A stretch of DNA of 64,000 bases from Eledone cirrhosa. Taxonomy: Eukaryota. The notes below the pieces were generated by a model that was not told the DNA's origin, ran no database searches, and worked only from the letters and a program-made list of their open reading frames with translations. The stretch spans positions 300,514,001-300,578,000 of the forward strand of contig OZ024740.1 of assembly GCA_964016885.1 (NCBI GenBank). Direction: 5' to 3'. The position numbers and the translations under genes are program-made. This document shows, one piece after another, positions 1 through 13,198 of this stretch (the first letter of the stretch is position 1; each line of letters starts with the position of its first letter).

Positions 1-306
1 GTATTACAAAATAAAAGTAATATTCATACACAAAGTATGTACAAACTCACTATGATAATATAGAGGATATTCAAAAGGGAACTACTTTAAGCAATAGGTC
101 CATTTAAACTGCATTTAGGATGCTCAGCAACAGATACAAAATTACCGCAATCAATACATATAGAACTTAATGACAGGGTCTGGTGAAGATAATAACAGAC
201 ACAATGTCATAATCAAATGTAAGAAAAATGTTTAATCGTGTCCATGTGTTTGAAAGAAAAGCCTCTTGTTATATAAATAAAGTCATATAAATAAAGAATA
301 CACAGA

Positions 307-760
<454 letters not shown>

Positions 761-1690
761 CTGTGTGTGTTTGTGTGTGTGTGTGTGTGCGTGCCTGTGT
801 GTGTGTGTGTGTGTGTGTGCGTGCGTGTGAGTGTGTGTGCGTGCCTGTGTGTGTGTGTGTGTGTGTGTGCGTGTGTGTGTGTGTGTGATTGAGTGTGTAG
901 AGAGAGAAAGTGGGGGACATACACGTGGAGAAAATTTCGAGATAGGAAGCAAAAATACGATGGTATAGTTGTTTTTCGTATCACTAGATAACTGATATAT
1001 ACACGGATATTGAAATGCTAAGGTAAATAAAAGGATTTGTATTTTCCTTTTACAAATCTTTTCATCTTTTTCGTTAAATATTGATTACTTGTCATGTTAT
1101 TCAGACATATCTTTTAACTCATTAAATATTAGTTGCTACATTTCATTAAACGGAGGAGAGATTACTAAAACGTGTTGTAACTTAACTTGCATACATTTTA
1201 GACAGTATATACGTTAGTCCTGGAAATACAACCCTCAAGAAAAACAGCCAACGCAGCGGAGAGTTTCACGATGTGTGTTAAATATTCTTCAACACTTTCT
1301 ATCTGACTTATGATTTGTGTCACTTATATGGCACGTGCTGTAATAAATTCAGGTAATATGTTTTATTTCCTGACTCGTCGAAACAACGGTCTGTAGTTCT
1401 CCACCTTCAAAACAGGATATAGGGAATGCGATGCATATATCCTTTCATAGACATCACCCTTATAAACTATCCCATCAATTGTACGATTTTCCTAATATTA
1501 TACGGTACATTACACACAGTGTTATTAAGGATAGAAACCTAACGATAGAAAATACATGAATTATTTCTCTTGTCAATCTCCTTTAATTATTATTAGCTGA
1601 CTATTTACAAGATTCCTATATTTTCGGATTTTATTAATCAGCTATGTATAAACATTGCGTTTCTGATGATATATCTGAAGAGAGGCCTCA

Positions 1691-2538
1691 TCTATATATA
1701 TAAACAGAGTATGTCTGTGAGTCTGTTTCCCTAAAACTCGAGAAGTACCCAACCGGTTTTTTTCAAACTTTATACATGTAACTCGTATGACACCAGAAGT
1801 GTTTTGAGCAAAACAAATTTCAAATGTTCAATGCCTTAGGGACCGCATTAGGCGATTTAGCGATCTCTTTCTCTTTCTCTTAGTATTTCTCTTTTTAGAT
1901 AGATACATAGATATGACGTCGCGCCTTCATAATTGTTTCTACTTTAGGCACAAGGCCAGCAAATACCCAGTACATTACTGGTACTTTATTTTATCGACCC
2001 CGTCGCGCCTTCATGATATCTGTATGTATGCCTGACTGTCTGCATTACGTCATTATGACGCGATCAGTGTGTGTGCGTATATATATTCTTATGCCAAAGA
2101 ACGTCTTCACGAACCAAAGTATCGTCTTCCTGTTTTCCAGATTGATTTTTTAGTTTAAGAAGATCCCGTTAAGTTTGAAAGCAACGATTCTTTGCTTAAA
2201 CATTAATATGTTATTTTAATATGGATATTCGTGTACTGATATTTTTGCATACACAAAAACAAAATATAAACAAACAAGGCCAAAGATTATATCAATTAGT
2301 CTTAGTGTATGTACTTCATACTGCTTTTAGGTAGAATATCCCGTTAAGGGTTAAGGCAGTGACTCTTTGCTTAAACTTTAGTCTGTTATTTTAATATTTA
2401 TGGATAGATGTTTTTGCATACACAATAACAAAATATAAACAAACGTATTTATTTCACGAGGTTCGATAAGGATAAATATATATCAAAGATATAAGAACCC
2501 ATTAGCAAATCCCGAGCAACGCCGGGCCATTCTGCTAG
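1691..2538 (+). mobile_element. Non-autonomous Helitron
   Basis: 5' TCTATATATATAAA. Subterminal hairpin CCCGAGCAACGCCGGG (2511-2526). 3' CTAG (2535-2538). Inserted between A (1690) and T (2539) with no TSD. Confidence 0.8.
1931..2000 (-). mobile_element. 5'-truncated tRNA-derived SINE with 14-bp TSD, nested in the Helitron
   Basis: SINE 3' part (GGGTCGATAAAATAAAGTACCAGT...TAGAAACAATT on minus) flanked by CGTCGCGCCTTCAT at 1917-1930 and 2001-2014. Confidence 0.85.
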
Positions 2539-2710
2539 TATCCGTTAAAATACCTCCACTTGGCAGTAACCAGGCGGCAACATAAAACAATATTATGTAC
2601 TATTCTTAAGGAAAAAAAAATTGATATCGCATGAACGAGTGATTCGAATACAGGTACGTGCACACACACATGCACACACATACACACTGGTATGTATGTA
2701 TATATATATA

Positions 2711-2800
2711 CTTGTTCCTATTACCCACTCTACTACCCTAAGTATTGAGTACTTTGGTGCGTTATGGTCCATCTGGTCCCTTACCACATTTCTTTCGTTA
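2711..2800 (+). mobile_element. PLE family A 3'-tail fragment
   Basis: Highly similar to 25155-25243, flanked by TA repeats. Confidence 0.8.
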
Positions 2801-3097
2801 TATATATATATATTTATACTGAACAACTTAATACTGAATTCTACCTCATGGTGGATGCTCACTACTACGAACAATGATAAGCTTTCTGAAGAAATGTGAT
2901 AAATAATTTAAGTATTGCATATGATTTTACAATATATATTGTAGTCAGCATAGGTAGGCAATTACAATAGACATATAAACATATGTTAAAGCATATAAAT
3001 TCATAATTTCGTTCCCGCCGAATTTTAAATTTTTCTTGGTGCATTACTCGCTTATATGGTATACTCCGGGATTACTTCTCAACTTATATACCATATA

Positions 3098-4190
3098 TCC
3101 CTGCTCGGAGCATGCTTGCTTCATTTCTCTTCAGCCGTCGCATATCCTCTGTAGTTGCTGCCCATATCTCACTACCATGTAGCATTACGCATCTCACGCA
3201 GGCTTCATATAACCGGCCTTTCGTACGCAGGGAGAAACCCTTCTTTTTCAACAGAGGAAGTAACTCCCTAAACTCCTTCCAACCCGTTTTTATTTTAGAT
3301 GCTATGGCTTCGAAACACCCCTCTCCCATGCTAATCTGATCACCTAGCTACCGGATGCTCTCAACCTTTTCCATAGAACCCACTCGCATTTGAAAAATGT
3401 TTCTATCACTGTGATTACTACCGTCAAATTTCCCTGAACATCTACTGCATACGTATTTTCCCTACCTGTTAGCTTGCCTGCTATCCTACTACATCCCTCG
3501 TGTACCCATTATCTGCATTGTGTACATTTTATAGAATTTATGCCAGTTCCTTTTCTACATATCGAACATGGCCATTTACCTGATGGAATCAGAGTTTCGT
3601 CTTCTGTTCTACTTATCAACGCTTTTGTCTTATCTATGTTCACTCTCAGGCCTCTTAATTCCAACTGCTGTTTCCATAGCCAGAATTTCTTGTCTAGCTC
3701 CTCTACTGCTATAAGAACTAGATCATCAGCATAGAGAAGTTCCCATGGGCAGCCAGTCTTAACATCCTCTGTTATGGCTTGGAGGACTATAATGGACAAG
3801 AGCGGGCTGAGGAGCGAACTCTGATGTACTCCTACTTGTAACTGGAATTCCTCACTAAACTCCATTCCTACTCTCACATTACTAACAGCACGCCTGTACA
3901 TAGATAGCACAGTCCTCACAAGCCATTCCTCTACACCTTGTTTCCTTAGGGACCACTAGATGGCAGATCGGGTCACTCTATCAAAGGCCTTCTCTAGGTC
4001 AACAAAAGCTAAGTATAGTAGCTTATACTTCTCTAAGAACCTCTCTTGTAGTTGTCTCACTAAGAAAAGGGCATCTGTTGTACTTTTTCCAGGGACACAA
4101 CCAAACTGCATCTCATTTAATTTGACCCTTTCTCTAATTAGTTGTTCTAATATTCTCTCTGCCACTTTCATAAACTGATCCATCAGCTTT
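3098..4190 (-). pseudogene. RTE-clade non-LTR retrotransposon reverse transcriptase fragment (stops/frameshifts)
   Basis: MQFGCVPGKSTTDALFLVRQLQE, AFVDLEKAFDRV, GVHQSSLLSPLL, LLYADDLVL, Cys-rich GKWPCSICRKG...IKCTQC, then KGRLYEACVRCVMLHGSEIW. Confidence 0.92.
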
Positions 4191-4504
4191 ATGCCCCTAT
4201 ATATATATACGTGTTTGTGTGTGTGTATGTGCGTGTGTGTGTGTATGTGTCAGTCGGTGTGTGTATGTGTGTGTGTGAGCGTGTGTGTGTGTGTGCGTGT
4301 GTGCGTATATGTGTGTGTGAGTGTGCGTGCGTGTGTGTGTGTGTATGTGTGTATATAGAATATGTAGTGTGTTCAAGCGCTGAAAATACTTTCAAATACA
4401 CTCAGTTGAATATATTTATGTGCTTGACCATTCTACATTTACTGGAAATTTTATTCTTTCCGCACTTTCTAAATTCGAAATTTCAAGCTTCGCACATATT
4501 ATAC

Positions 4505-4537
<33 letters not shown>

Positions 4538-4540
4538 TGT

Positions 4541-5070
4541 GACCCTCCTCACCAAGGTTTCTTGGTGAGGAGGGTGACTTTGGACATCTTGCAGGACTAA
4601 AAACAAGACCTGTCAAAGGGAAAAGGAGCTCTTAAGAGTCAATGGCCATCCAAAATCACTGGGACAGATGACCCCTTAGCCTTTGTCAAGGCAGAATTCT
4701 AGGAGAAGGAAAACTCTGATATAACACCTGCAACCCTGATGGTATCCAATGATGTTGACTTGTTCTTCTTTTTGGTAAATACCATCTTGGTTAAGAGAGT
4801 GGGACTGGCTTTGTGCAGTGCCTTTGCTCACTATAAAAGCTTCACGGCACAGGCATTGCTTTATATCTGGAGATCTCTCTGCACTTGTCGTCACATGGTA
4901 CCATGGGCCCAGCACTATGTATCAATAATTGTTACAGGTGTAGTGTTTGTACCAGAGTTTTCAAGTCGCTGGCTGGACTAAAAAGCCACACTCGTTCAGT
5001 GCATCGGTAGGGATTCTCCTACATGGATATAAAGTAGTGGCCATACTCGAAAACGAGTTGGCAGCCACCA
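4541..5070. repeat. Unclassified interspersed repeat between (TATG)n tracts; starts with a 15-bp perfect hairpin and an RTE-5'UTR-like motif
   Basis: ACCCTCCTCACCAAG-GTTT-CTTGGTGAGGAGGGT at 4542-4575. TCTAGGAGAAGGAAAACTCTGA near 4698-4719 resembles RTE 5' regions (recalled, not searched). Confidence 0.4.
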
Positions 5071-5177
5071 TGTATGTATGTATGTATGTATGTATGTATG
5101 TATGTATGTATGTATGTATGTATGTATGTATGTATGTATGTATGTATGTATACATACATGTATATATATATATATAT

Positions 5178-6458
5178 ATTTAATACAATAACAGAGATAG
5201 CTTAACGCTAAACTCCGACTGGTAACCATCTCACTCAACAAACATTAGGTTATATGTTAGCATAACCCAATTTAAGTGTTTGGGGTGCTAACTATATGTA
5301 TTTTGTGGAAAGCCAGTTGTATTATTTTATGAGATATAATTAAAGTTAAAATATAAGTTTCATTATAAGTTTTCTATAAATTGGGAGAATGTTTCCAGTT
5401 TATGTAGAAGCCTAACATATATTCATGTAAGAATATATTTAGGTGGGCACTTATAAATCTTCAGTGGAACCCCATTAAACTTTGATATAAGAAAAAATTC
5501 TTACCGCAGTTAAAAATCGTGTCTGCTAAGCTGCTCCTTCACGCATCGAATGACCGCCAAATTTGAAATTCCAGCAGTCTTTTGACTGAGGAAGTTTCAT
5601 AGCGTCACGAAGCGGGAAAGGGAGACAACCACGATAAGGAGAATAGAAACAAATAATATACACTCGGGTTAATTAGTTTTTTCAAAAAACATTATCAATC
5701 CAACGTGTTAAGAACTAAATTGAAATTAAAAAAATAAATGTATGCGTGTATTAATTACAAACGCATATAGATATTTTCTTAGGCTAACAACAGAGGTGAT
5801 ACCATTATAACAAATCGCATCACATCACCGCAGCAAATACTGAAGGTTACGCTTTAAAGGCGATAGGGAATGTAAATCTCTGGCCAAATTAAGAGTAAAA
5901 TATTTAATACACGCGGGTTAATTACTTATTTAAAACTATTATCAATTCCACGTGTTAAGAACTCAATTAATTTAAAAAAGTAAATGTATGCATGTAATTA
6001 TTTACACACGCATATATATATTTTCATAGGCTAAAAACAGAGAAGTGACAACCAAAAAACCTCCATATCTCACAACAGTAACAAATACAGAAAGTCATGC
6101 TTATAAGGTACCTGGAAATAAGTACCTCTGGCCAAATCAAGAGTAACATATTTAATACAATAACAGAGATAGCTTAACGCTAAACTCCGACTGGTAACCA
6201 TCTCACTCAACAAACATTACGTTATATGTTAGTATAACCCAATTTAAGTGTTTGGGGTGCTAACTATATGTATTTTGTGGAAAGCCAGTTGTATTATTTT
6301 ATGAGATATAATTAAAGTTAAAATATATCTCTCTTTCCAAACAATTGTTTCATTATAAGTTTTCTACAAATTGGGAGAATGTTTCCAGTTTATGTAGGAG
6401 CCTAACATATATTCATGTAACAATATATTTACGTGGGCACTTATAAATCTTCAGTGGA
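5178..6458 (-). mobile_element. Non-coding element with ~290-bp direct terminal repeats (pLTR-like) and an internal ~250-bp tandem duplication
   Basis: 5178-5468 is repeated at 6150-6458. Approx. 5660-5910 is repeated at approx. 5910-6150. Each terminal repeat carries a hammerhead motif. (TA)n on both sides. Confidence 0.75.
6336..6458 (-). ncRNA. Type I hammerhead ribozyme, long stem II (family M)
   Basis: UCCA CUGAAGA U UUAUAAGU...~78 nt...ACUUAUAA U GAAA CAAUUG UU UGGA. Palindromic stem III, GUU triplet. The sister copy at 5357-5469 has lost stem III. Confidence 0.75.
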
Positions 6459-6749
6459 TATATATATATATATATATATATACATACATGTATACATATA
6501 TATATATATACATATATATATATACATACATATGTGTGTGTGTGTGTGTGTGAAGATCCCCGGTGAAATCGGGGGTAACCACAGTGAATAAGATACTCAA
6601 TACACAGTGATGGTTCGTTACGTATGCAACACTTCTACTTCTTTAGAAGCCATTTGTGTAGTAAAATTATAATATATTGAGGGGACAGGCGGAATGGAAT
6701 TGGAAAAAAACGTCTTTAGATGAAAATAACAGGTACATTCATGTTGACA

Positions 6750-6827
<78 letters not shown>

Positions 6828-9800
6828 AGAAAATGAGTGCGATTGTCAATTGAATGTTCTTAATAAACCAAACAAACTGAATTTTGACCTAGGAAATCGA
6901 CTACTAAGAATAATTTATTTCATGACAGGAAGTTCCTTGAATTTCTAAGATGGGATCCGATATTTATTGTGGTATTCAATTAGTTGAACTCATGCTAATA
7001 TAATCCGCTTCTAGACTTGCGGTTGGACGTGTCGTTTTATTTCATGTAGGTGAAAGAATTTATATATAATTGTTGTATATGTCAATTAATATAAGAGTTT
7101 ATGTCAGAATGTTGATGTTACCACGAGGTATATAGTGTTCATTGCTTTGCTCTAAGTATGTACTGCATATGGCGTACAATGTTTGGAAAGTCCTATCATA
7201 GCTATAGCTCACTAATTATATAAATGTAAGTTACCATTCTGTTTGTTTCAGTATTGTATATGTTTCATACATCCGTGAGACTCTATTACGCTGCGTAATA
7301 GAACGCTGTAATGTTTAATGTTAAATTTTATATTATGAAATATCTTGTGTTCAAAGGCTACTGACATCATTGTTTATCTTATGATGTTTATACTTTATTG
7401 TAATTTACTAGTGTCATGACTCCATATATATGCAAGAAATTTATTATATATCATGATTGAATATGATTGTCGTTTGACACGCTGTTATTAATCGAAGCAC
7501 ATATCACTATATAACGTTGCACAAAAACTGCAGGCACACACACACACAGCTATACTCACACATATACGTCCGCGCACACACACTCACATGCACCCACGTT
7601 CGGGTGCACGCATAGATATAGACAAAATCGCGTGTAAATACAAATATAGCTATACATATAATCATTTAACAATGCTAAAACGCCTACTTATATATGAGCC
7701 ATGACATATTTTATAGCTAAGGATGCAAATATCTTTAAGGATCAAGTAAATGCCTATCTTTTCCTTGATGAATAAGGATCTTATAATATTTTTCCATTAT
7801 AATATCCGACTATTGATAAAATCTTAAGTGTGTTAGGACCCGCGAATTGTGACTGGAATTATCTACGTGAATTTAATGCATTTACAGTATATTTTAACAT
7901 TTCAAGATTATTATTTGAAGAAAAGTATGGGAAATTATTGAATTTAGATGTGCATGAGATTATAGTTTCAGTATATATATAATTGAGAAAACTTAAAATA
8001 ATCAAATAAAGATTTGGCATTATACAGCCACATAGACGCACATATACACATAGCACATTTCCCACACACTAAAGCAAACATTCGCCATTATGCTAAGAGT
8101 TATATAGACTGAATGACTTCTCTCCTATACGCATAGCGTCACAGTTATATATAGTGTACGAAACTATTTGATAGAAAGTTAAATATATTGTTCAATTGCA
8201 ATGTGTGAAAATATATTAATAATTCAAAAGTGCAACACGATTTCTAAAACATTAGAGAGAGAGCAAAAGTCGTGATATTACTAAGTAACATTTAGCAATA
8301 ATACATAAATATATTATTCACTCATCGTGTAATCTCTGGAGTCTTTATTTGCAATATCCCGTCTCTGATACTTATGTTATTAGGAAATCGTCAGCAGTCG
8401 ATTTTTGGCGTGGTCATATAACATAATGAGTAACGCAGTCTATCCCCTCTTTCAATAATTACATCCGTAGAGAGAAAGAGATTGAGAAGCGAGACACAGA
8501 GTTTTTGTGTGTGTATGGAGGTTATAGATAGATCTCTATCTTCACTGTACTGGTTTGGTAGAAATTTTAGAGCCTTGAAAAAATTATTTTTTTTGCTGCG
8601 GCCCAGCTCTTAATACTATATTTCGATTCCATTCGAGATTAACATTGACTTTCAATCTTTCGCGGTGTATAAAATAATAAAATAATAAAGAAATACTTGG
8701 GTCAATACAATCATTTTTTCCGGCTACCAATTGCTGGTTATGTGCTTTAATCAGAAACCATCATCATTGTTAGTAATTTGTCAGAAGGTTACAACCCATT
8801 CAAATGCCCGAAAGAAAAGAAAATATCATATAAATTTTCCTATAAATTAATAAAGGAAGCCAAAGTAAAATCTTTGATGGTAATAGTCAGAAATTTTTTG
8901 AATATTTTAACGACAGACTTTCCCATTCCCCAATACCGAATTGCGTCATTTATTCATTTATTGCGAACAATAACGTTAACTTTCATCCAATTTCGCAGAT
9001 CATACAAAAATATATTGATCTCATATTTTCTATTCTTATTTTCAAAAGCGGAATTCAAGGAAAAAAATTTAAATATAACAACAAAATGCCCCAAAAACAA
9101 TATCCATTGATTTCTTTAGACTATAAATTCGAAGCTCTGCTCATTCCTGTTGAACCATGTTTTAAATCGATTTTAAAAACTCAACACAATCGCTACCTCT
9201 CCATATGCATAGTTTTTCCTTAAGATGTAGTGACAAAATCTCGTAAGTCATTGTGAAACGCATGAGCCAATATTGAAATGCAAAAGTATAGAATATGCGC
9301 GTATATTTAAATACATAGAAAATACTTATAGGAATATTTCAGAAGAATTCCTTCCATATATATATAGAAGCATGCAAATGTGTGCATTCAAATCACATAC
9401 ATAAAACCACAAGCATACCTAAACACTCGCATACACACATATGCATACACACACACGCAAGCAAACATGCACACACACATACATACCACACACACACAAA
9501 CACACACACATATATATATATAGGCTAACGTCAGTAATACGCAGACAATCACATTATCGGCAATACACTTACACATATATTCATACAGAAAAGAAAGCAA
9601 ATACATTAATTTTAACACACAATCAGGCCTTAAGACAATCATACTCATGTGACTCAATGTCACTATTTAAAAAGCAATATATTGGAAAAATCGATTTCCG
9701 AACATTCCATTGCTTTACTTTTAACTAAATCGGATTGTAATATGATGTTAAGCAAAATGGGTCGCACGATCTACTAACATGACATTAGCGTATCGTACAG

Positions 9801-10227
9801 GGAGGAGCACTGTCCATAGCTTTAGCAGAACCTTTTTGGAGATTGTATTATGAAGCTGTGTATTTGTAATGCGGGCTTACGTTAGGTTTGTTGTGTCACA
9901 ATATGGTCGGTGAAATATTGAATGTTTAGTAATGTTTGAGAAGACGAAGAATACGTTAGAAATCTGCAGTGAATAATCTCAAATACTCATTATTTGATGC
10001 GAATATCTATCTCTCTATCTATCTATCTCGAAGAAGATAGACGTGTTTTTGTTTCGCTCCTGCATTTTGTCGGAATTTATTACGAGAAGCGGTAGGTTTG
10101 TTTAAGCTACTTGTTATTTGTTGTGTTTAACCCCTGGGACTGCAGACGTTGGGTAAAATAAATTTCGCCCCTTTTTGGGGCAAAATTTGATTGTTATAAG
10201 TTATCGATAAAAAGTAATTTAGTGACA

Positions 10228-11595
10228 ATGGATGCCATTAACACGACACATGCCACGACCCCCAAGGAAAGTGATAGAGAGAAGGTAGCAGCACAACGCT
10301 GTACTCCTTCTCTCCTCACTCCCGCAAAAGACACCACGGAATCAAAAGAAAAAATTGCGGAAATGGGTGAAAACCCTAAAAGTAACAATTACACAAACAA
10401 GAACAACAATGACAATAACAACACAACCAATAACCGCAACAATGACAATAACCACACAACCAACAACAGCAATAATGACAACAATAAAGGAAAAAAGCAA
10501 GCCAACACGAATAACAACAACAACAATGATAACAACACGAAAGAAAACGGACCCACAGCTGCATTCTCCTTGGCACAGGCGGTCCGAGAAACGCAGACAT
10601 ACAAGGCGCTGGACATCTCGAATGCCAAGAAATTGCTGAAAGAAGCAAGGAATTGTGTAAGTTTCGGGGAAGGTGGGAATTCACAATTACCTCCCCCGAA
10701 GAAATTAGAAGGGACACAATTCTCAGGACCGTAATTTTTAGGAGAGTTTCGAACGCGACTAGACCGTCTCAATTGTCCCAAAGGGAAATTGAGCTGGTCC
10801 TAAGTAGTGCCTGGAAGGATATCGCGTTCATACAGAAAGGGAAACTGTATGGGAGCATATCTGTTTTAATGCAAGATGAATTGGCGGCACGGACATATTC
10901 TGTGTCGCCAATTGTATCCAAAGCATACACCTTTTTCCCCACATATTTGGGGAAAAGAACTGAAAAGATAAGAATCTCGAGCATCAGGCCAAATGTGAGC
11001 ATTTGGTGGGTGCTAACGGGATTCTTAGAAGATGAGGACACACTCCTTTCGATAGGCGAATCCACCGGGGGCGTATTCAGCTGGAATAGCCTTGAAGTTC
11101 TGGTCCAAATGAGACCAGAACGGATAGCAAGAATACCGCAGCGTGTGTCCCTGGATGAAGTCGCCTTCATAAACATTTCTGTTGAGGGCAGGCGGCCTTC
11201 ATCCTACCACTGTTCAAGAAGTGGTCATCTGAGGGCTTCCTGTCCTCTTTTAAATGCCCCCCCCCCCAAGAAAAAAGAAAAGACGCTTCTGCCCTCTCCA
11301 CACACAACAACACAACCACCACTACCACCAACACAACAACAACGGCCACAACAACACGAACAAATAAAAACACAAGACACTGTCCCACCCAACCCCTCCC
11401 ACCTAAAACAAATACAAGCAACCACAACAAAACCACAATATATACCCCTCCCCAACAACACGGAAGATGGCCCCTTATCAACGTCACCCATGACGACGAG
11501 GGAGAACCCTTTTAACCGGTAAAAAGAAAGAAAAGAAGGCTCCACATCAACAAAAATACAACAAACACACAGCCACCAGCACAAACAAAAAAACC
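10228..11595 (+). pseudogene. Tx1-like ORF1 (gag-like nucleic-acid-binding protein), frameshifted
   Basis: Asn-rich N-terminus (10222-10734 frame) continues in the 10653-11522 frame with a degenerate zinc knuckle GRRPSSYHCSRSGHLRASCP and a Pro/Thr/Gln-rich tail. Confidence 0.75.
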
Positions 11596-12970
11596 GCCGA
11601 TGACGTAACAGTAATGGTGTCGTGCGCCTCGGAAATCGGGCAGATCGGCACCGTACTGGAGGAATACGAAAGGTTTACAGGAGCCAAGATGAACCGGGAC
11701 AAGTCCGTCGGTTTGTAACTCGGAACGTGGAGAGGCAAACCGATGCCCTCCGACGGCGTCGTCGGACGCTGGACGGAGGGACCGGTAAAGCTGCTCAGGG
11801 TCTGGTTCGGACCGGATCTCCAGGTGGAGAAAAACTGGAACAAGGTAACGCGCAGGGTGTTTGCACTCGCCCAGAAGTGGGCCGACATAAACCTGAAAGG
11901 TCGAGCGGAGGTGGCGAACACTTATATAGCGTCCGTCATCTACTACCGCTTGACCGTCGTGCCTTGCCCTGCGAAAACGCTCGCCAAAATGGAGCGCGCG
12001 CTCTTCTGATTCCTTTGGAAGAAGCGGGCCCCTTTGGTGAGAAAATCCATCTGCAGTCAACACCAGTCAAACGGAGGGCTGAGGATACTGTGGCTGACGA
12101 TGAGAGGACACGCATTAAGGCTACGGCACCTACAGGTATTTTTCACCGGTCAACTAGTGTGGGCCCCTTTTGTGAGCGAGCCTTTCCGAAACTCGTCTCA
12201 CTCACCGAGCTGCAATCCTGGGTCAAGCAAAGACCGAGAAAAATAGGCGACTGGCACATTGAATGTACCCAGGCGCTCACAGCCCTCTGGCAAGCGGATC
12301 CGGCAATCAGTGGAGACTCAACCTCAACATTCTATAGAGGGTTGGTGCGCAGCAAGTGCGACGACGCTCTCGGAGAGGCTCTGGGCTTGGAGAAAGTAGA
12401 GGTAGCCAGTCCATCCTGTAGGACGATTGGCCCGGGGCCGATGGACAACTTCCAAAAGTCCCTGGCTTGGCAGTGCTACCGAGGAGCTCTACCCGTTCGG
12501 GACAAGCTCTACAGACACGGGTGCCCGGGTAGGGACCCCCTCGAAGAAGATCTGTCCGAGATACGTGCGTGACGAGGAAAACGTCGCGCACGCATTCGTA
12601 CACTGCCCGGGCGTTGCTGACCTGTGGGGATATGTGGAACGACTACTGTTGCGGGTGGGACCAATCCGGTTGACCACCGAGTACATTGTCACGATCAAAC
12701 CGCCTCCCTCCTTTCAAAAACGAAGGAGAGGCGGTTTTCCCTGTGTGATAGCTATGGCGAAAGACGTTGTATGGTGGACGAGGTTGCAAGGGCTGAGGTC
12801 AGACACCTTTTCTCTCCGTCCAACAACTGGACCTTTTTTTCAAGTACCATTTTAGAAGAAGGATCAGAATGGAGAGAGAGGTGCTCCACCCCAGCAAGTT
12901 TTATGAAAGGTGGGTGAAAGTGGCGGGAATGGTCCGAGTGAATGGGCCTTCTCTCTATATCAGCCTGTAG
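11596..12970 (+). pseudogene. Tx1-like ORF2 remnant (RT from the ADD motif to the C-terminal zinc-binding region)
   Basis: ADDVTVMV...EEYERFTGAKMNRDKS, GPVKLLRVWFGPDLQVEKNW, LKGRAEVANTYIASVIYYRL, SNGGLRI, KICPRY...ENVAHAFVHCP. Multiple stops and frameshifts. Confidence 0.9.
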
Positions 12971-13198
12971 GTGAGAGAGGAGAAGAAAGAGGAGAGGATG
13001 GGAGCACCCGCTCTTTGTGCTCCTGAGGAGGAGGCTTGCACAGGTCAACGCCCCCTCCCTATTGAGGACTTCGATTGTTGAATTTCTTTGTTATATGTTT
13101 TTACACGTCCTTTGAAACGTATGTAATCTCTACCCCTTGTATTTGTCACAATTTTTGATGCCCTGGTGGAAAATAAATAGAAAGTTATCTATCTATCT

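Larger units (their letters stand above)
10029..13185 (+). mobile_element. Tx1/L1-clade non-LTR retrotransposon, internally deleted, inserted in (TATC)n
   Basis: 5'UTR follows (TATC)n. ORF1 remnant, then RT C-terminal part and Cys-rich C-terminus. AATAAA then TATCTATCTATCT at the 3' end. Confidence 0.88.

Noticed and set aside
11622-12572. 316-aa ORF, the longest in the window
   Set aside because: Mostly an off-frame reading of the frameshifted Tx1 ORF2. Only its distal part is in the true frame.
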